Below the pieces are notes generated by a model. The model worked only from the letters and a program-made list of their open reading frames with translations. It ran no database searches and was not told where the DNA came from. Shown here piece by piece: positions 9,434 to 19,257 of a stretch of 64,000 nucleotides of DNA; positions within the stretch are counted from its first letter, which is position 1, and each line of letters begins with the position of its first letter. Position numbers and translations under genes: made by a program. The DNA lies in the IMG/VR virus record IMGVR_UViG_3300008259_005066, positions 62,001 to 126,000 of that record, one strand, 5' to 3'.

Positions 9434-10710
9434 CAGTGGAACTGTTCTTCTTCTGTTGAGCCTTTGAGAGCCTGGGTGGAAGCATCAGCCTCCACTGTGG
9501 TAGTCACGCGGTCAAAGTAACTGGTTCCTACTTCTCTCTGATGTTTGACAGCTTCGAAACCACGGCTCGCATCCGCGAACTCACGCTCTTGTAACTCCAC
9601 GAAAGCAGACATGCCGTCCCTAGCATAGCCATGAGCAAGGTCAAACATGCCATGATTAAGAGCATGGAATCCAGCAAGTGTGATGAATTGAAAACGGTAA
9701 CCCATTGCTCCAAGTTCACGTTGGAAACGGCCAATTGTGTCTGCATCTAGGTTCTTCCTCCAGTTGAATGATGGTGAGCAGTTGTAGGCTAACATCTTGC
9801 CCGGAAACTGTCGGTGTATGGCTTCGGCGAATCGCTTGGCGAAGTCGAGGTCGGGTTTGCCTGTTTCGCACCATACGAGATCTGCGTAAGGACAGTAGGC
9901 CAGGGCTCTACTGACTGCTTGGTCGAATCCTGCTCGGGTCCGATAGAAACCCTCCACAGTTCTTTCACCAGTAAGAAAAGGAACGTCGTTAGGATCAATA
10001 TCTGAAGTGATAAGATCGCCGGCTTCGGCATCTGTTCTAGCAATAACAAGACTAGGCACTCCCATAACATCAGAAGCGAGACGAGCGGCAATAAGTTTAT
10101 TGATGGCTTCTCGTGTTGGAACAAGGACTTTTCCTCCCATGTGTCCGCATTTCTTTACGGACGCTAATTGATCTTCAAAATGCACACCTGCGGCCCCGGC
10201 TTCGATCATGGCCTTCATGAGTTCGAACGCATTGAGCACACCACCAAATCCTGCCTCTGCGTCAGCCACGATGGGTGCGAAAAAATCTCGATCTTCTTGG
10301 TCTTCCATCCAGGCGATCTGATCTGCTCTGGTAAAAGCATTGTTGATCCTACGCACCACTGCTGGCACAGAGTCTGCGGGATACAGGCTCTGATCAGGAT
10401 ACATGGCGCCAGCCAAGTTGGCATCAGCGGCCACTTGCCACCCACTCAAATATATAGCCTTCAAACCGGCCTTGACCTGTTGCAGGGCTTGCATGCCCGT
10501 GAGTGCTCCCAGGGTGTTGACATAATCTTGTTCATGTAGCAAACGCCACAATTTTTCGGCGCCACGCCGTGCCAGACTGTATTCTATGGGGTTGGAACCT
10601 TGCAAACGCACCACGTCCTCGGCTGAATAATCACGTTTGATTCCGGTCCAGCGCGGGTTTTCTGTCCATTCTTGTTGCAGTTTGTATACCTTCCATCTAC
10701 GGTCTTGCAT
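9433..10710 (-). CDS. aceA: Isocitrate lyase
   Basis: KKCGHM signature, [19 protein letters not shown]-terminal STEEEQF; SD AGGAGG before ATG 10710. Confidence 0.97.
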   Translation of the reverse strand: MQDRRWKVYKLQQEWTENPRWTGIKRDYSAEDVVRLQGSNPIEYSLARRGAEKLWRLLHEQDYVNTLGALTGMQALQQVKAGLKAIYLSGWQVAADANLAGAMYPDQSLYPADSVPAVVRRINNAFTRADQIAWMEDQEDRDFFAPIVADAEAGFGGVLNAFELMKAMIEAGAAGVHFEDQLASVKKCGHMGGKVLVPTREAINKLIAARLASDVMGVPSLVIARTDAEAGDLITSDIDPNDVPFLTGERTVEGFYRTRAGFDQAVSRALAYCPYADLVWCETGKPDLDFAKRFAEAIHRQFPGKMLAYNCSPSFNWRKNLDADTIGRFQRELGAMGYRFQFITLAGFHALNHGMFDLAHGYARDGMSAFVELQEREFADASRGFEAVKHQREVGTSYFDRVTTTVEADASTQALKGSTEEEQFH

Positions 10711-10746
10711 GGTGTTTCCTCCTGTTGAGCCAGGATATTTAGTTAC

Positions 10747-10759
10747 ATTGCAGTGCAAT
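10747..10759. promoter_or_regulatory. Palindromic operator, PhaR-box-like, between divergent aceA and the KKPAAK gene
   Basis: ATTGCAGTGCAAT perfect palindrome, same core as 6731-6743. Confidence 0.6.
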
Positions 10760-10817
10760 ATGCTAGGTTTCGATAATATGCTGTGTAAATACACTATATA
10801 AAACAAAGGAGACTGCA

Positions 10818-11051
10818 ATGCTCGCATTTTTAAAAAAGTTTTTTGGTTCCAAGCCCACCGTAAGTCCTTGCCCAGAGGCCCCTTACAAAGTTGAAGCACC
10901 ACAGACCACACCTGGTGTGATACCTATGTCCACACAATACTCCGAGGCTGCGGCGCCTAAGAAAAAACCGGCTGCCAAAAAACCTGCTGGGGAAAAGAAA
11001 CCTGCTGTCCGTGCCAAAGCAGTGAGAGCCAAGAAACCTGCTGCCAAATGA
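10818..11051 (+). CDS. Small protein with N-terminal amphipathic helix and histone H1-like KKPAAK tail
   Basis: [10 protein letters not shown]...[30 protein letters not shown]; SD AAGGAG. Confidence 0.8.
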   Translation: MLAFLKKFFGSKPTVSPCPEAPYKVEAPQTTPGVIPMSTQYSEAAAPKKKPAAKKPAGEKKPAVRAKAVRAKKPAAK

Positions 11052-11410
11052 GTTCCCACTGGGGTTATCATCTGATGTTGGATTGTAGTGGTTGTGATAT
11101 TGAATCTATATCCAACCGCGACAACATCTATAGATTCGTCAAGGATCTAGTGGATCGTATCGATATGACAGCACACGGAGAACCCGTGATCGAACATCTC
11201 CTGCCCGGAGACCCCAAACAGGGCTACAGCCTCATGCAGTTGATCACCACATCAAATATCTGTGGCCATTTCATGGAACTAGATGGCACGGCCTATTTTG
11301 ATGTGTTCAGTTGCAGAACTTTTGATATTGAAACTGCCAAGGCCGTGGTCGATGAATATTTCCATCCCAGAAAGATGCGTGTCAATTTCCTGACTAGACA
11401 CGCCGATTAG
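11048..11410 (+). CDS. speD: S-adenosylmethionine decarboxylase proenzyme family protein
   Basis: GYHLMLDCSGC, G.S...LITTSNICGHF, DVFSC. Confidence 0.8.
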   Translation: MSSHWGYHLMLDCSGCDIESISNRDNIYRFVKDLVDRIDMTAHGEPVIEHLLPGDPKQGYSLMQLITTSNICGHFMELDGTAYFDVFSCRTFDIETAKAVVDEYFHPRKMRVNFLTRHAD

Positions 11411-12188
11411 CGAAATAACTCCGCAAGTATCCTAGGCCTTTGTATTCGATCACAGCATCAGTCATGCTCATCACACTGCTGATGATCCTTTGTTTTTTAT
11501 CTGCGTCTTGGAACACATCCCGTAGTGGTATCATGTAGACTCTGATCAAAAACAGCGCGGCTTGACTGTGTATGGGTATAGTGGTCTGGCGTTCCGATCT
11601 GAACCACATGTCATCTATTGTCTCCGTGGACCATGCTTCTACACCACTGGGATGTCTGCTCAACGCAGGACGGTTGGCTATACTCCACACTGATCTTATG
11701 AAAGGACCCCGGGTAGTGATCATACGTGCGATGTGTCCAGATGCCTTGTTGACTATGTCAAAGTCTGGCACGGGTTCATGTATTTCAAGGAAAGTCTTGT
11801 TGACTTTGGTTTGAGGATCCCACCCCGATGGCAAGCACACACTCAGTATCTGTGCAGAGAGTTCGCCGGCACGATTGGGTGCCCATATCACAAAGTCTTC
11901 CTGTAGTGCCCGAGTTAGTTGCCACACAGGAGCATCTCCTTGGATCACAGGTGCAGTGGGATCATATTTTCTCAGTGCATCTACGGCTTGATAAACCAGT
12001 TCACGACTGGCTGAATCTCCATATACCGGATTGTAGTTGTTGAGTTTGGCGTCTTGATATCGATCAAAATCCCTGTCCGTGGTCAGTATGGACTCACCGG
12101 GTTGCCAAGGTCGCATGTGCGGCCGCATGGCATAGGGAACTTCTACATCAAAAGGGATATCACACAGTGACGTGCTTGGCGAAACCAT
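11394..12188 (-). CDS. DUF3445 / heme-dependent oxidative N-demethylase alpha-like protein
   Basis: LQEDFVI, CLPSGWDP..K, IHEPVP, RSERQT motifs; start uncertain. Confidence 0.75.
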   Translation of the reverse strand: MVSPSTSLCDIPFDVEVPYAMRPHMRPWQPGESILTTDRDFDRYQDAKLNNYNPVYGDSASRELVYQAVDALRKYDPTAPVIQGDAPVWQLTRALQEDFVIWAPNRAGELSAQILSVCLPSGWDPQTKVNKTFLEIHEPVPDFDIVNKASGHIARMITTRGPFIRSVWSIANRPALSRHPSGVEAWSTETIDDMWFRSERQTTIPIHSQAALFLIRVYMIPLRDVFQDADKKQRIISSVMSMTDAVIEYKGLGYLRSYFANRRV

Positions 12189-13179
12189 CTCTTGCTAGAT
12201 TTTTACCTTTGGCCTCGCACTGGATGTCAAACTGATCGGAGAAACCAGCGGCCCAGTCGTTCACAGCCGAATTCCAATAGAAATCCGAGTGGGCGCGGAG
12301 TTGCTGTTTTTTATGACCTCGTGCAAGAAGTCCAGCAAGATCTGGGCGAACTCGGGGATCATGATCAACAAGAATATCTTCGCGACTAACACTGTAATGC
12401 ATAGCAGGGCGAACGTCACGCCAAGACTCAACCACACGCTGAACACGATCATCTTGGGGATCGATGTATTCTCCTGTTTTGACCCAATGGTGATGAATGT
12501 CCAGCACAAGAGCCACGTTATCAGCCACAAGCAAAGTAAGGTCCAAACCATTTGATATCTCGTCGTTTTCGATAGTTATGAGATTGCGTGCCTCGGGGCT
12601 AAGTTTGCCCAGGCTACGCAAGAATTTTTCAGGCCCACCCTTGCCCGACAGGTGAACATTGATCTTGAAGCCATGATCATGCCAGGTGGCGCCATAGCCC
12701 ATCCAGCGGGCCATGTCTGCATGATATTCAAACTCTTGGATGCTACGTTCCACGATGCCGTCGTTCTCTGATGCTAACACACAGAACTGTCCAGGATGGA
12801 ATGAAAGTCTTACTCCCAACTCTCGGGCACGGGCACCCACAGGAGCAAAGATCTTTTCTAGGTGTCGTTGGATGTCTGCTTGTTGCCACCAGTCAATCCA
12901 GTTGGGTTCTGTGTAGCCTTGTAGCATTTCAGACCCCAGTCGAACCATGCGTAGATGATGAGGTAGACTGCCCACACGTTCTACCATGTTGAGAGCGGCC
13001 TGTGCATTGTGATTCATGATGTCCCACTGGCGCTGTTCTGCTTGGTCTGCATGCTCACGCAACCAACGCATGGTAGTGCTCCGCCCATTGAGTTCACGAT
13101 TCTTGGCATTGACTTTCATGCCAGCAGTTTCACTGGGATCGTCTAACCATTTACAACAAAAACCAATTCGAGCAGTCAT
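12160..13179 (-). CDS. uvsE: UV-damage endonuclease
   Basis: RIGFCCK, RLSFHPGQF, IENDE, LDIHHH, AHSD, EAKGK. Confidence 0.93.
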   Translation of the reverse strand: MTARIGFCCKWLDDPSETAGMKVNAKNRELNGRSTTMRWLREHADQAEQRQWDIMNHNAQAALNMVERVGSLPHHLRMVRLGSEMLQGYTEPNWIDWWQQADIQRHLEKIFAPVGARARELGVRLSFHPGQFCVLASENDGIVERSIQEFEYHADMARWMGYGATWHDHGFKINVHLSGKGGPEKFLRSLGKLSPEARNLITIENDEISNGLDLTLLVADNVALVLDIHHHWVKTGEYIDPQDDRVQRVVESWRDVRPAMHYSVSREDILVDHDPRVRPDLAGLLARGHKKQQLRAHSDFYWNSAVNDWAAGFSDQFDIQCEAKGKNLARDGFAKHVTV

Positions 13180-13197
13180 GAAAGCCTAGAAGAGTTA

Positions 13198-13746
13198 TCA
13201 ATTAAGTAATTGTAACACGGCTTCAAATTTATCGCAAGTGAGATTGGGGATTTTGGTCAGGCTTGCATCCAAATCATTGGCATGATCAATCAAGACAAAT
13301 TGGGTTTGAGGATAGGTATTTAGGGTGGCCCGAAAAGCATTAAGGTAATTGGTTTTCTTATGCTTTTGGAACTTGTCTGTTTCGGTAATCTTGCTGACAT
13401 CGTAACCAAAAAGCAAAACCAAATCTGCGGAGTCAGCCACGAGATGCATGGACACGATCTCTTCAGGGTGGTCGAACTCTCCTGGAAAATCTCCATCATA
13501 TAGATTTACCTTGGAAGGTCTGTTCAACGCACCATAGTTCTTGTTGGGTATGTAGAGATTGCACACAGCATGGAACGCTCTTTTTATCAATTCGTCGGCC
13601 TTGGAAAAATCGTGGCACAGAACATTGTCTGTCTGCCAGGCACGCCATGTGCGCCAAGATCCCCAGAGAGCCCCTATGTCTTTGAGTTGCCCAGGCTCGA
13701 TATGAGTTGCCGAGAACTCGTCGGCCAGCACACACACTATCCTCAC
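13198..13746 (-). CDS. Hypothetical protein
   Basis: GTG start overlapping the upstream TGA; Rossmann-like LLFGYD segment. Confidence 0.6.
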   Translation of the reverse strand: MRIVCVLADEFSATHIEPGQLKDIGALWGSWRTWRAWQTDNVLCHDFSKADELIKRAFHAVCNLYIPNKNYGALNRPSKVNLYDGDFPGEFDHPEEIVSMHLVADSADLVLLFGYDVSKITETDKFQKHKKTNYLNAFRATLNTYPQTQFVLIDHANDLDASLTKIPNLTCDKFEAVLQLLN

Positions 13747-15035
13747 TGTGACATCCTCACAGTTTGCCAACGGAATGCACCAAGACATACCCATGCAAAG
13801 ATACCATCACTGGCATTGGTATTAAACACTATGTCACCCTTGGTGCCACTGTAACCGGGCACTTCAGTGCTCCATGACAAGCGATTACGTGCTATCCGCA
13901 GTTGTTGCACAGTGACCATGCCATCACTGTCTACTTCTATGTGATTCTGGCGATTGACACCGATCACCAAATTTTGTTTTCGATTGCTGCCAATGAAACT
14001 GGTGTTCTTGCTGTATTTGCCCAGAGCGAGATTGGTTTCTTCGTCCCATACGCTGAGTGCGCTGTCAGGTTCTTGTGTGTTGACGCCAACGCGATTTTTT
14101 TGCACAGTTAAAGTCTTGGCTAGATTTGTGGTCCCCGATACTTCGAGATTTTCCACTGTGCCTAGTTTCTTGATATTGCTATTGACCACTCCGGCACTGA
14201 GAGTGTTGCCCGTGACCAATGGGTGCCCATCCACTGTGATGTTTTCGATTTCAATGCCGGATTTGGTAGAATCAATCACTGTGGCGATCAATTCGCTGGC
14301 GAAATCCTGTTTGATGCGGTCATAGGTAACATTGCCCACATGGCGGCTGAGATCCTGCCAGGTTTGGTTGTCAGTGTTGATGCGACCTTGTATGCCCAGG
14401 TCACCTTGGACCAAGACATCTCCGTTGATCTTCACGTTATGTTCCACTGTGAGATCGTGTGTGACAGTTTCGTGCTCGATGACCACCACTCCGTCCATGA
14501 CTGTGAGTTGGGTGGAGCCGGATTGATCAACTATGCCCGCAGTGCGGAAATCTCTCTTGATAGCAGTGATCAACTGGTCTTTGTTTTCCATTATGGCCTG
14601 AGAAATCTTGGCATTTAGATCTATATCTCTCAAGAGATTGCGTAGGCGATCTTCTGTGCGCTGTGCTATCAGCGTTTCAATTTTGGTAACCCATTGCGGA
14701 TCCACAGACAGATTGTTGATGGTATTTTCAACAAAACGTTCTACGGCTAGATCCACTGTCTGGCGGATCTTGTCCTGATCAACATAGGAATTCAAATCAG
14801 GAACAAATCCGCTGGCAAACATTTCGCCTACTTTGTGTTCCACAGTGGTCACGAGATCAGGCAAGGTTCCGATATTGCTGAATCTAGCCGTGATACGATC
14901 CTGCACGAACCCAATGATCTGCTGTTCGAGATCCTGGAGCCATTCGGGTTGACTCACTGCCTGTTGCACCTGCAGTCGTGCTTCGTTGCGTATTTCTTGT
15001 TCGACTATGTGTGCCAGTTGTTGTGCGTCAAGCAT
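13743..15035 (-). CDS. Putative structural/fibre-like protein
   Basis: Helical N-terminus, beta-repeat C-terminus (RVGVNT..P, KGDIVFN..WVC). Confidence 0.55.
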   Translation of the reverse strand: MLDAQQLAHIVEQEIRNEARLQVQQAVSQPEWLQDLEQQIIGFVQDRITARFSNIGTLPDLVTTVEHKVGEMFASGFVPDLNSYVDQDKIRQTVDLAVERFVENTINNLSVDPQWVTKIETLIAQRTEDRLRNLLRDIDLNAKISQAIMENKDQLITAIKRDFRTAGIVDQSGSTQLTVMDGVVVIEHETVTHDLTVEHNVKINGDVLVQGDLGIQGRINTDNQTWQDLSRHVGNVTYDRIKQDFASELIATVIDSTKSGIEIENITVDGHPLVTGNTLSAGVVNSNIKKLGTVENLEVSGTTNLAKTLTVQKNRVGVNTQEPDSALSVWDEETNLALGKYSKNTSFIGSNRKQNLVIGVNRQNHIEVDSDGMVTVQQLRIARNRLSWSTEVPGYSGTKGDIVFNTNASDGIFAWVCLGAFRWQTVRMSQ

Positions 15036-15948
15036 GCTCTCTCCATAGGTCCAGCGTCACGCAATGGAAACCACCGCCCAAGGTGCGACTGTGACTCAAT
15101 CGGTGTCCTATCACTGTGATACCGTGTTTTTCTAACTCTCTTTGTAGCACCCGTTGATCACTGTCCATGATCACTGTGTTAGGATCTACCACGAGCATAT
15201 TTAAGGCTATCCATTTAGAAGCATAGGGGTATTGATAAAATCCCTGTTCTTTGACATAGTCAACGTAGAGCACTTCCCAATCTTTCAAGGCCCTAGGCAG
15301 ATTTTCTGGTGTGACTCGTGCGGCATTGACAATGACCAATCCTTCTCTGATCGGGACTATGGTAGAATCTATATGCACGCCAGAATAAAAATTGCAAAGT
15401 TCTATCGTGATATGTGGAAATTGTTCGCACAGCCATTCATAGGCTTTACGATTGCCCGATGCACTTTCTAGATATAGCCAAGTATCGCCAAGTCTGCACA
15501 CATTGGCTGCGTCCAATATCATGCCTTCGTTGCGCGGCATGTGCAGATATCTTTCACAAGAATCAACTACATCATGATAGGCCGCCAATTCCATGTCTCT
15601 GCAAGGATACATCATGGCAGGATCCACTATGGTTTCGCCGGCTACCAATAATCTATCTCTGGGGCAATAGTTATACATCCCTCCCAAGGCAACAAAATCT
15701 ATTTCTTGTGGACGGTATACTTCTACACCTAGCCCAGTGAGTTTGTGTGCGAGATCATCCAGTTCAGATTCTGCTTCATCCACTATCCATTGTGGCACAG
15801 GACCTGATGGAACTGGTGTTTCTTTCCACAAGGTCTTTTCACTTTCCAGGGCAAACACAGGATCTTGGCTAGGCCAATTGGCATGCTTGGCAGATCCTAT
15901 CACTATGGATCGCAAAGGATCCCATTCATTGTAGCTAGATATTTTCAC
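15028..15948 (-). CDS. Amidinotransferase (glycine/inosamine-phosphate amidinotransferase family)
   Basis: NEWDPL, CPRD, DAAN, HIDST, GGGFHCVT (catalytic Cys). Confidence 0.9.
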   Translation of the reverse strand: MKISSYNEWDPLRSIVIGSAKHANWPSQDPVFALESEKTLWKETPVPSGPVPQWIVDEAESELDDLAHKLTGLGVEVYRPQEIDFVALGGMYNYCPRDRLLVAGETIVDPAMMYPCRDMELAAYHDVVDSCERYLHMPRNEGMILDAANVCRLGDTWLYLESASGNRKAYEWLCEQFPHITIELCNFYSGVHIDSTIVPIREGLVIVNAARVTPENLPRALKDWEVLYVDYVKEQGFYQYPYASKWIALNMLVVDPNTVIMDSDQRVLQRELEKHGITVIGHRLSHSRTLGGGFHCVTLDLWREHA

Positions 15949-16478
15949 AGATGTCCTGTTATTTGTAGAGTGTAACGATCTTCAAGACCGATGTTGGCTG
16001 CCATGTGCGGCACATCATAAATCCATTCTGCCACTGTGCCTGCATGCCATTTGACCACAGGATCGCCCTGCACTTCTAGATAGTGTCCCGACTGCCAATC
16101 TTCCAACATCACCAATGCCCGGCGTATGTTGTATTCTTGACCTTCCAGTCCAAACAATTTTACATACTTTACATAACGATCTTGATGCACTGGCATCACT
16201 GTTCCGGAAGTCATTCTATAGTAAGATGTTCCAATATCTTTCCACCCCATGGCAGAAAAATAGTCTACGAAAAGATGATTCCAACTGGGTTGACGTCCTT
16301 TCATGTCTGCCATGGATCCACATATTTTGGGTTGATATCCTTGGGCCATCCATCGTCTCACATCTTCTGAATCGTTGAACGGCTCTTGGATGTAATCTAG
16401 ATGCTTGAATTCATCATCCCAAAAAACATCCAAACTGTAAATTTTATAATCCAGTCCGGCCATCTCGTGTGTTGCCAT
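15945..16478 (-). CDS. 2OG-Fe(II) oxygenase-like protein
   Basis: HQD (HxD), distal H in PHMAAN, R in DRYTLQITG. Confidence 0.75.
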   Translation of the reverse strand: MATHEMAGLDYKIYSLDVFWDDEFKHLDYIQEPFNDSEDVRRWMAQGYQPKICGSMADMKGRQPSWNHLFVDYFSAMGWKDIGTSYYRMTSGTVMPVHQDRYVKYVKLFGLEGQEYNIRRALVMLEDWQSGHYLEVQGDPVVKWHAGTVAEWIYDVPHMAANIGLEDRYTLQITGHL

Positions 16479-17688
16479 AATGGATCACATTATATTGTGG
16501 TGTAGAAGGCATTTTCCGCCAAGGATCAACAATGACAGAACCATAGGCTATGGGAGAATAGAACGTGTCATCTCTCACATCACCAGTGTATCCATAGGTG
16601 ATTTGTCGATTGTGTGCCAGCAACAATACACAAGGACCAGTGATCGATTGGACTACATCGTCGCTGTCATCTGCCAAGGGATCTAAGTATTTCACAGAAT
16701 AACCGGCCTCCTTGATATAGAATCCTATCAACGTGGAGTAGCTACCGATACAGTAGGCAACATCAGGCTTGTATGCCTTGCCATGTATGACTATAGGCAA
16801 ATTCTTTTCTTTGGCTTGGTCTACTAAAAAGTGTGCTAGATTTTTTGCTTGTATTTCTCGAGCATGCATGATGGTGTCAAACAAGTCATAGCCAATGTCA
16901 TACTCTTCGGCCAACCAACGCAAGGCGATGTTGTCTCGAGGATGGCAAGCACCTGCATCGCCCATGCCCGCGGTCATGTATTTGGGTCCCATGATACGCA
17001 TGGTTGATTGGGCAAGGGCATCGGTCACAACATCCACATTGATGTTGCCAATCTTCAGCGCAAAATCCTGTATCATGTTCACCAGTCCAACCTTGGCAGA
17101 AATGAATGTGTTGTAGAAAATCTTGATGGCTTCGCACTCGTCCCAGGTACCTGTGACATAACGGGGATTGTTTTTCATCAACGGGCGATATAGATCGATT
17201 AGATCACGCATCTCAGATGCATCACCAGTTTCTGTCCCGATCATGACCATTTCGGGATTGGCCATATCCCATTTGACCGAGCCCATGGCTATGAGGTAAG
17301 GATTATAAAGGAACTGATGCTGTGGACCCAACAAGTTGGCAAAATGTCTGCGTGTGGTTCCCGGCAACACTGTAGAGATCAATACCACACGCTTGGGTGT
17401 GTCAGCATGTTCATTGATCTGACTAATAGCGTCTTTCACCGCATCATGCCCAAAGTCTCGAGGCTCCATGTGCGAGCTGGGCACTGATCCATCATAGCCC
17501 TCGGCGTGTGGAGTTGGCACAGCGATAAAGATCCAGTCGCTTTTTTTGACCACTTCGTCAATGCCACAAACTTCAACGGTATCACTATACCTCGGATATA
17601 TATCATACCCTCGGACTGTGTAACGTTCAGCAAATACCTCTGCACAGTCTAGACCCAGTTTTCCTAGACCAATAAAACCTATATTCAT
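16444..17688 (-). CDS. UDP-glucose/GDP-mannose 6-dehydrogenase family
   Basis: GFIGLGKLG, AVPTP, STVLPGT, K..YN, GACHPRD; SD GGAGG before MNIGF. Confidence 0.92.
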   Translation of the reverse strand: MNIGFIGLGKLGLDCAEVFAERYTVRGYDIYPRYSDTVEVCGIDEVVKKSDWIFIAVPTPHAEGYDGSVPSSHMEPRDFGHDAVKDAISQINEHADTPKRVVLISTVLPGTTRRHFANLLGPQHQFLYNPYLIAMGSVKWDMANPEMVMIGTETGDASEMRDLIDLYRPLMKNNPRYVTGTWDECEAIKIFYNTFISAKVGLVNMIQDFALKIGNINVDVVTDALAQSTMRIMGPKYMTAGMGDAGACHPRDNIALRWLAEEYDIGYDLFDTIMHAREIQAKNLAHFLVDQAKEKNLPIVIHGKAYKPDVAYCIGSYSTLIGFYIKEAGYSVKYLDPLADDSDDVVQSITGPCVLLLAHNRQITYGYTGDVRDDTFYSPIAYGSVIVDPWRKMPSTPQYNVIHYGNTRDGRTGL

Positions 17689-17703
17689 TGTTTCCTCCAT
17701 TAA

Positions 17704-19005
17704 ATGACAGTGCCTGCTCATAATTTATACGATTTTATACATCAGGTCACAGAAAAACGTTTCTGGTTGTTGTATTTTTACCAATGGGGTAATAAAGATC
17801 TCAAGAACGTTTTGGACTACCAAAAGGACTATGAACACACAAAAGGACCCAATGGCATAGATAATCTGCTGGGAGAAACCTTCTTAGATCCAGATCAGAT
17901 AGGACTAAGCAGATTTTCATTGGCTAGGAATTTCCAACCGGTATTGTTTTGTCATGATCAAGAACCACTGAATTATGAACTGTATCAAGATGGACAGCCG
18001 TTGTTACACAAAACCGAAGAGTTCAATCGACAGGATTATAACTTTCCTGTGCAGGATCAAAATCTCAGAAACACCATAGTATGGTCTTGGCAAAAACAAT
18101 GGATCCTATTGCATTCTGAAATCAATTCCCCTCAACTGCAAAAATATGAATCCACTGGTCGTTATTGCGGCGCTTACTGGTGGAGCCATGCGTTGATTGC
18201 CCGTGATTGGTATAGATTTGCCCAACATGATCAAAGTCTCGAGAGAAAAAAGATCAAAAAAATATTTTTGATATATTGCAGAGATCAGACTGGTACCAGA
18301 CAATATCGCCAACAGGTCATGGATCATCTAAAACACAATGGACAATGTGATTTTGCAAATCCTACAACAGCAGATGCCATGGCCAGCGCCTATTATAACA
18401 GTGAAGATTTTTGCAAGACTGGTATAAGCCTGATCTTGGAAACTCTGTTTGAAGATCCAAGGATACACTTGACTGAGAAAACACTCAGGCCCATAGCCTG
18501 CGGACATCCATTTATCTTGGCTGCCGGACCCGGCGCCCTGGCAGTGTTAAAATACTATGGATTTGAGACTTTTAGCCCTTGGATTGATGAGTCATACGAT
18601 CATGAGTCCGATCATTCCACCCGCCTTGATCTCATACTCAAAGAGGTTGACAGGTTGTCTTCAATGGCTCCCGAACAACTCAATGAAATACTTGCTCATT
18701 GCTGGGCCGTGGCCCAGAGAAATAAACAACGGTTCTTTTCGGATAATTTCCTGAAATTCATAAAAGATGAACTTTACCATAACGTCATGCAAGCATATGG
18801 AAGGACCCAGAACAAATTGGATCCTTCATACTGGTGGTATGTGCGTCAATGGCGAAAGCAACACTTGCCTCAGAGTCCGCGATCTAACAAATACACCTTG
18901 CACCTGGTCAGACATCTACGACTCAACCAAGGGTCACTTGAACAATATCAGCGCCATGATCACAGCCTGGATGATGAATCCGGCACCAATTGTGACAATG
19001 TTTAA
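17704..19005 (+). CDS. Glycosyltransferase-like protein (GT10-like TEK motif)
   Basis: LILET...LTEKTLRPI..GHPF...GFETF..IDESYD. Confidence 0.6.
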   Translation: MTVPAHNLYDFIHQVTEKRFWLLYFYQWGNKDLKNVLDYQKDYEHTKGPNGIDNLLGETFLDPDQIGLSRFSLARNFQPVLFCHDQEPLNYELYQDGQPLLHKTEEFNRQDYNFPVQDQNLRNTIVWSWQKQWILLHSEINSPQLQKYESTGRYCGAYWWSHALIARDWYRFAQHDQSLERKKIKKIFLIYCRDQTGTRQYRQQVMDHLKHNGQCDFANPTTADAMASAYYNSEDFCKTGISLILETLFEDPRIHLTEKTLRPIACGHPFILAAGPGALAVLKYYGFETFSPWIDESYDHESDHSTRLDLILKEVDRLSSMAPEQLNEILAHCWAVAQRNKQRFFSDNFLKFIKDELYHNVMQAYGRTQNKLDPSYWWYVRQWRKQHLPQSPRSNKYTLHLVRHLRLNQGSLEQYQRHDHSLDDESGTNCDNV

Positions 19006-19257
19006 CGTATCCTTGAGCACCACTGCTCGTCCAAACAACAGCACCAGACCAGCCCACATAAACAGCACCACGTCTACAGAAGGAGTGCGATCACTGAGTC
19101 CCGTGAGTATGGCCAGCAATGTGGGTATGGTGGCCGAGTGGATCAGGATCACTGCCAGCCATCCCAGTGTTTCGGCTGAGACCGTGTGTAACTGATTGGC
19201 GAGATATTGGCTGAATCCTGCTCGGACATTTCCTATGAATTGGAAAAACTTGCTCAT
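18934..19257 (-). CDS. Multi-pass membrane protein, holin candidate
   Basis: About 3 TM helices; coupled (ATGA) to the cell-wall hydrolase. Confidence 0.6.
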   Translation of the reverse strand: MSKFFQFIGNVRAGFSQYLANQLHTVSAETLGWLAVILIHSATIPTLLAILTGLSDRTPSVDVVLFMWAGLVLLFGRAVVLKDTLNIVTIGAGFIIQAVIMALILFK

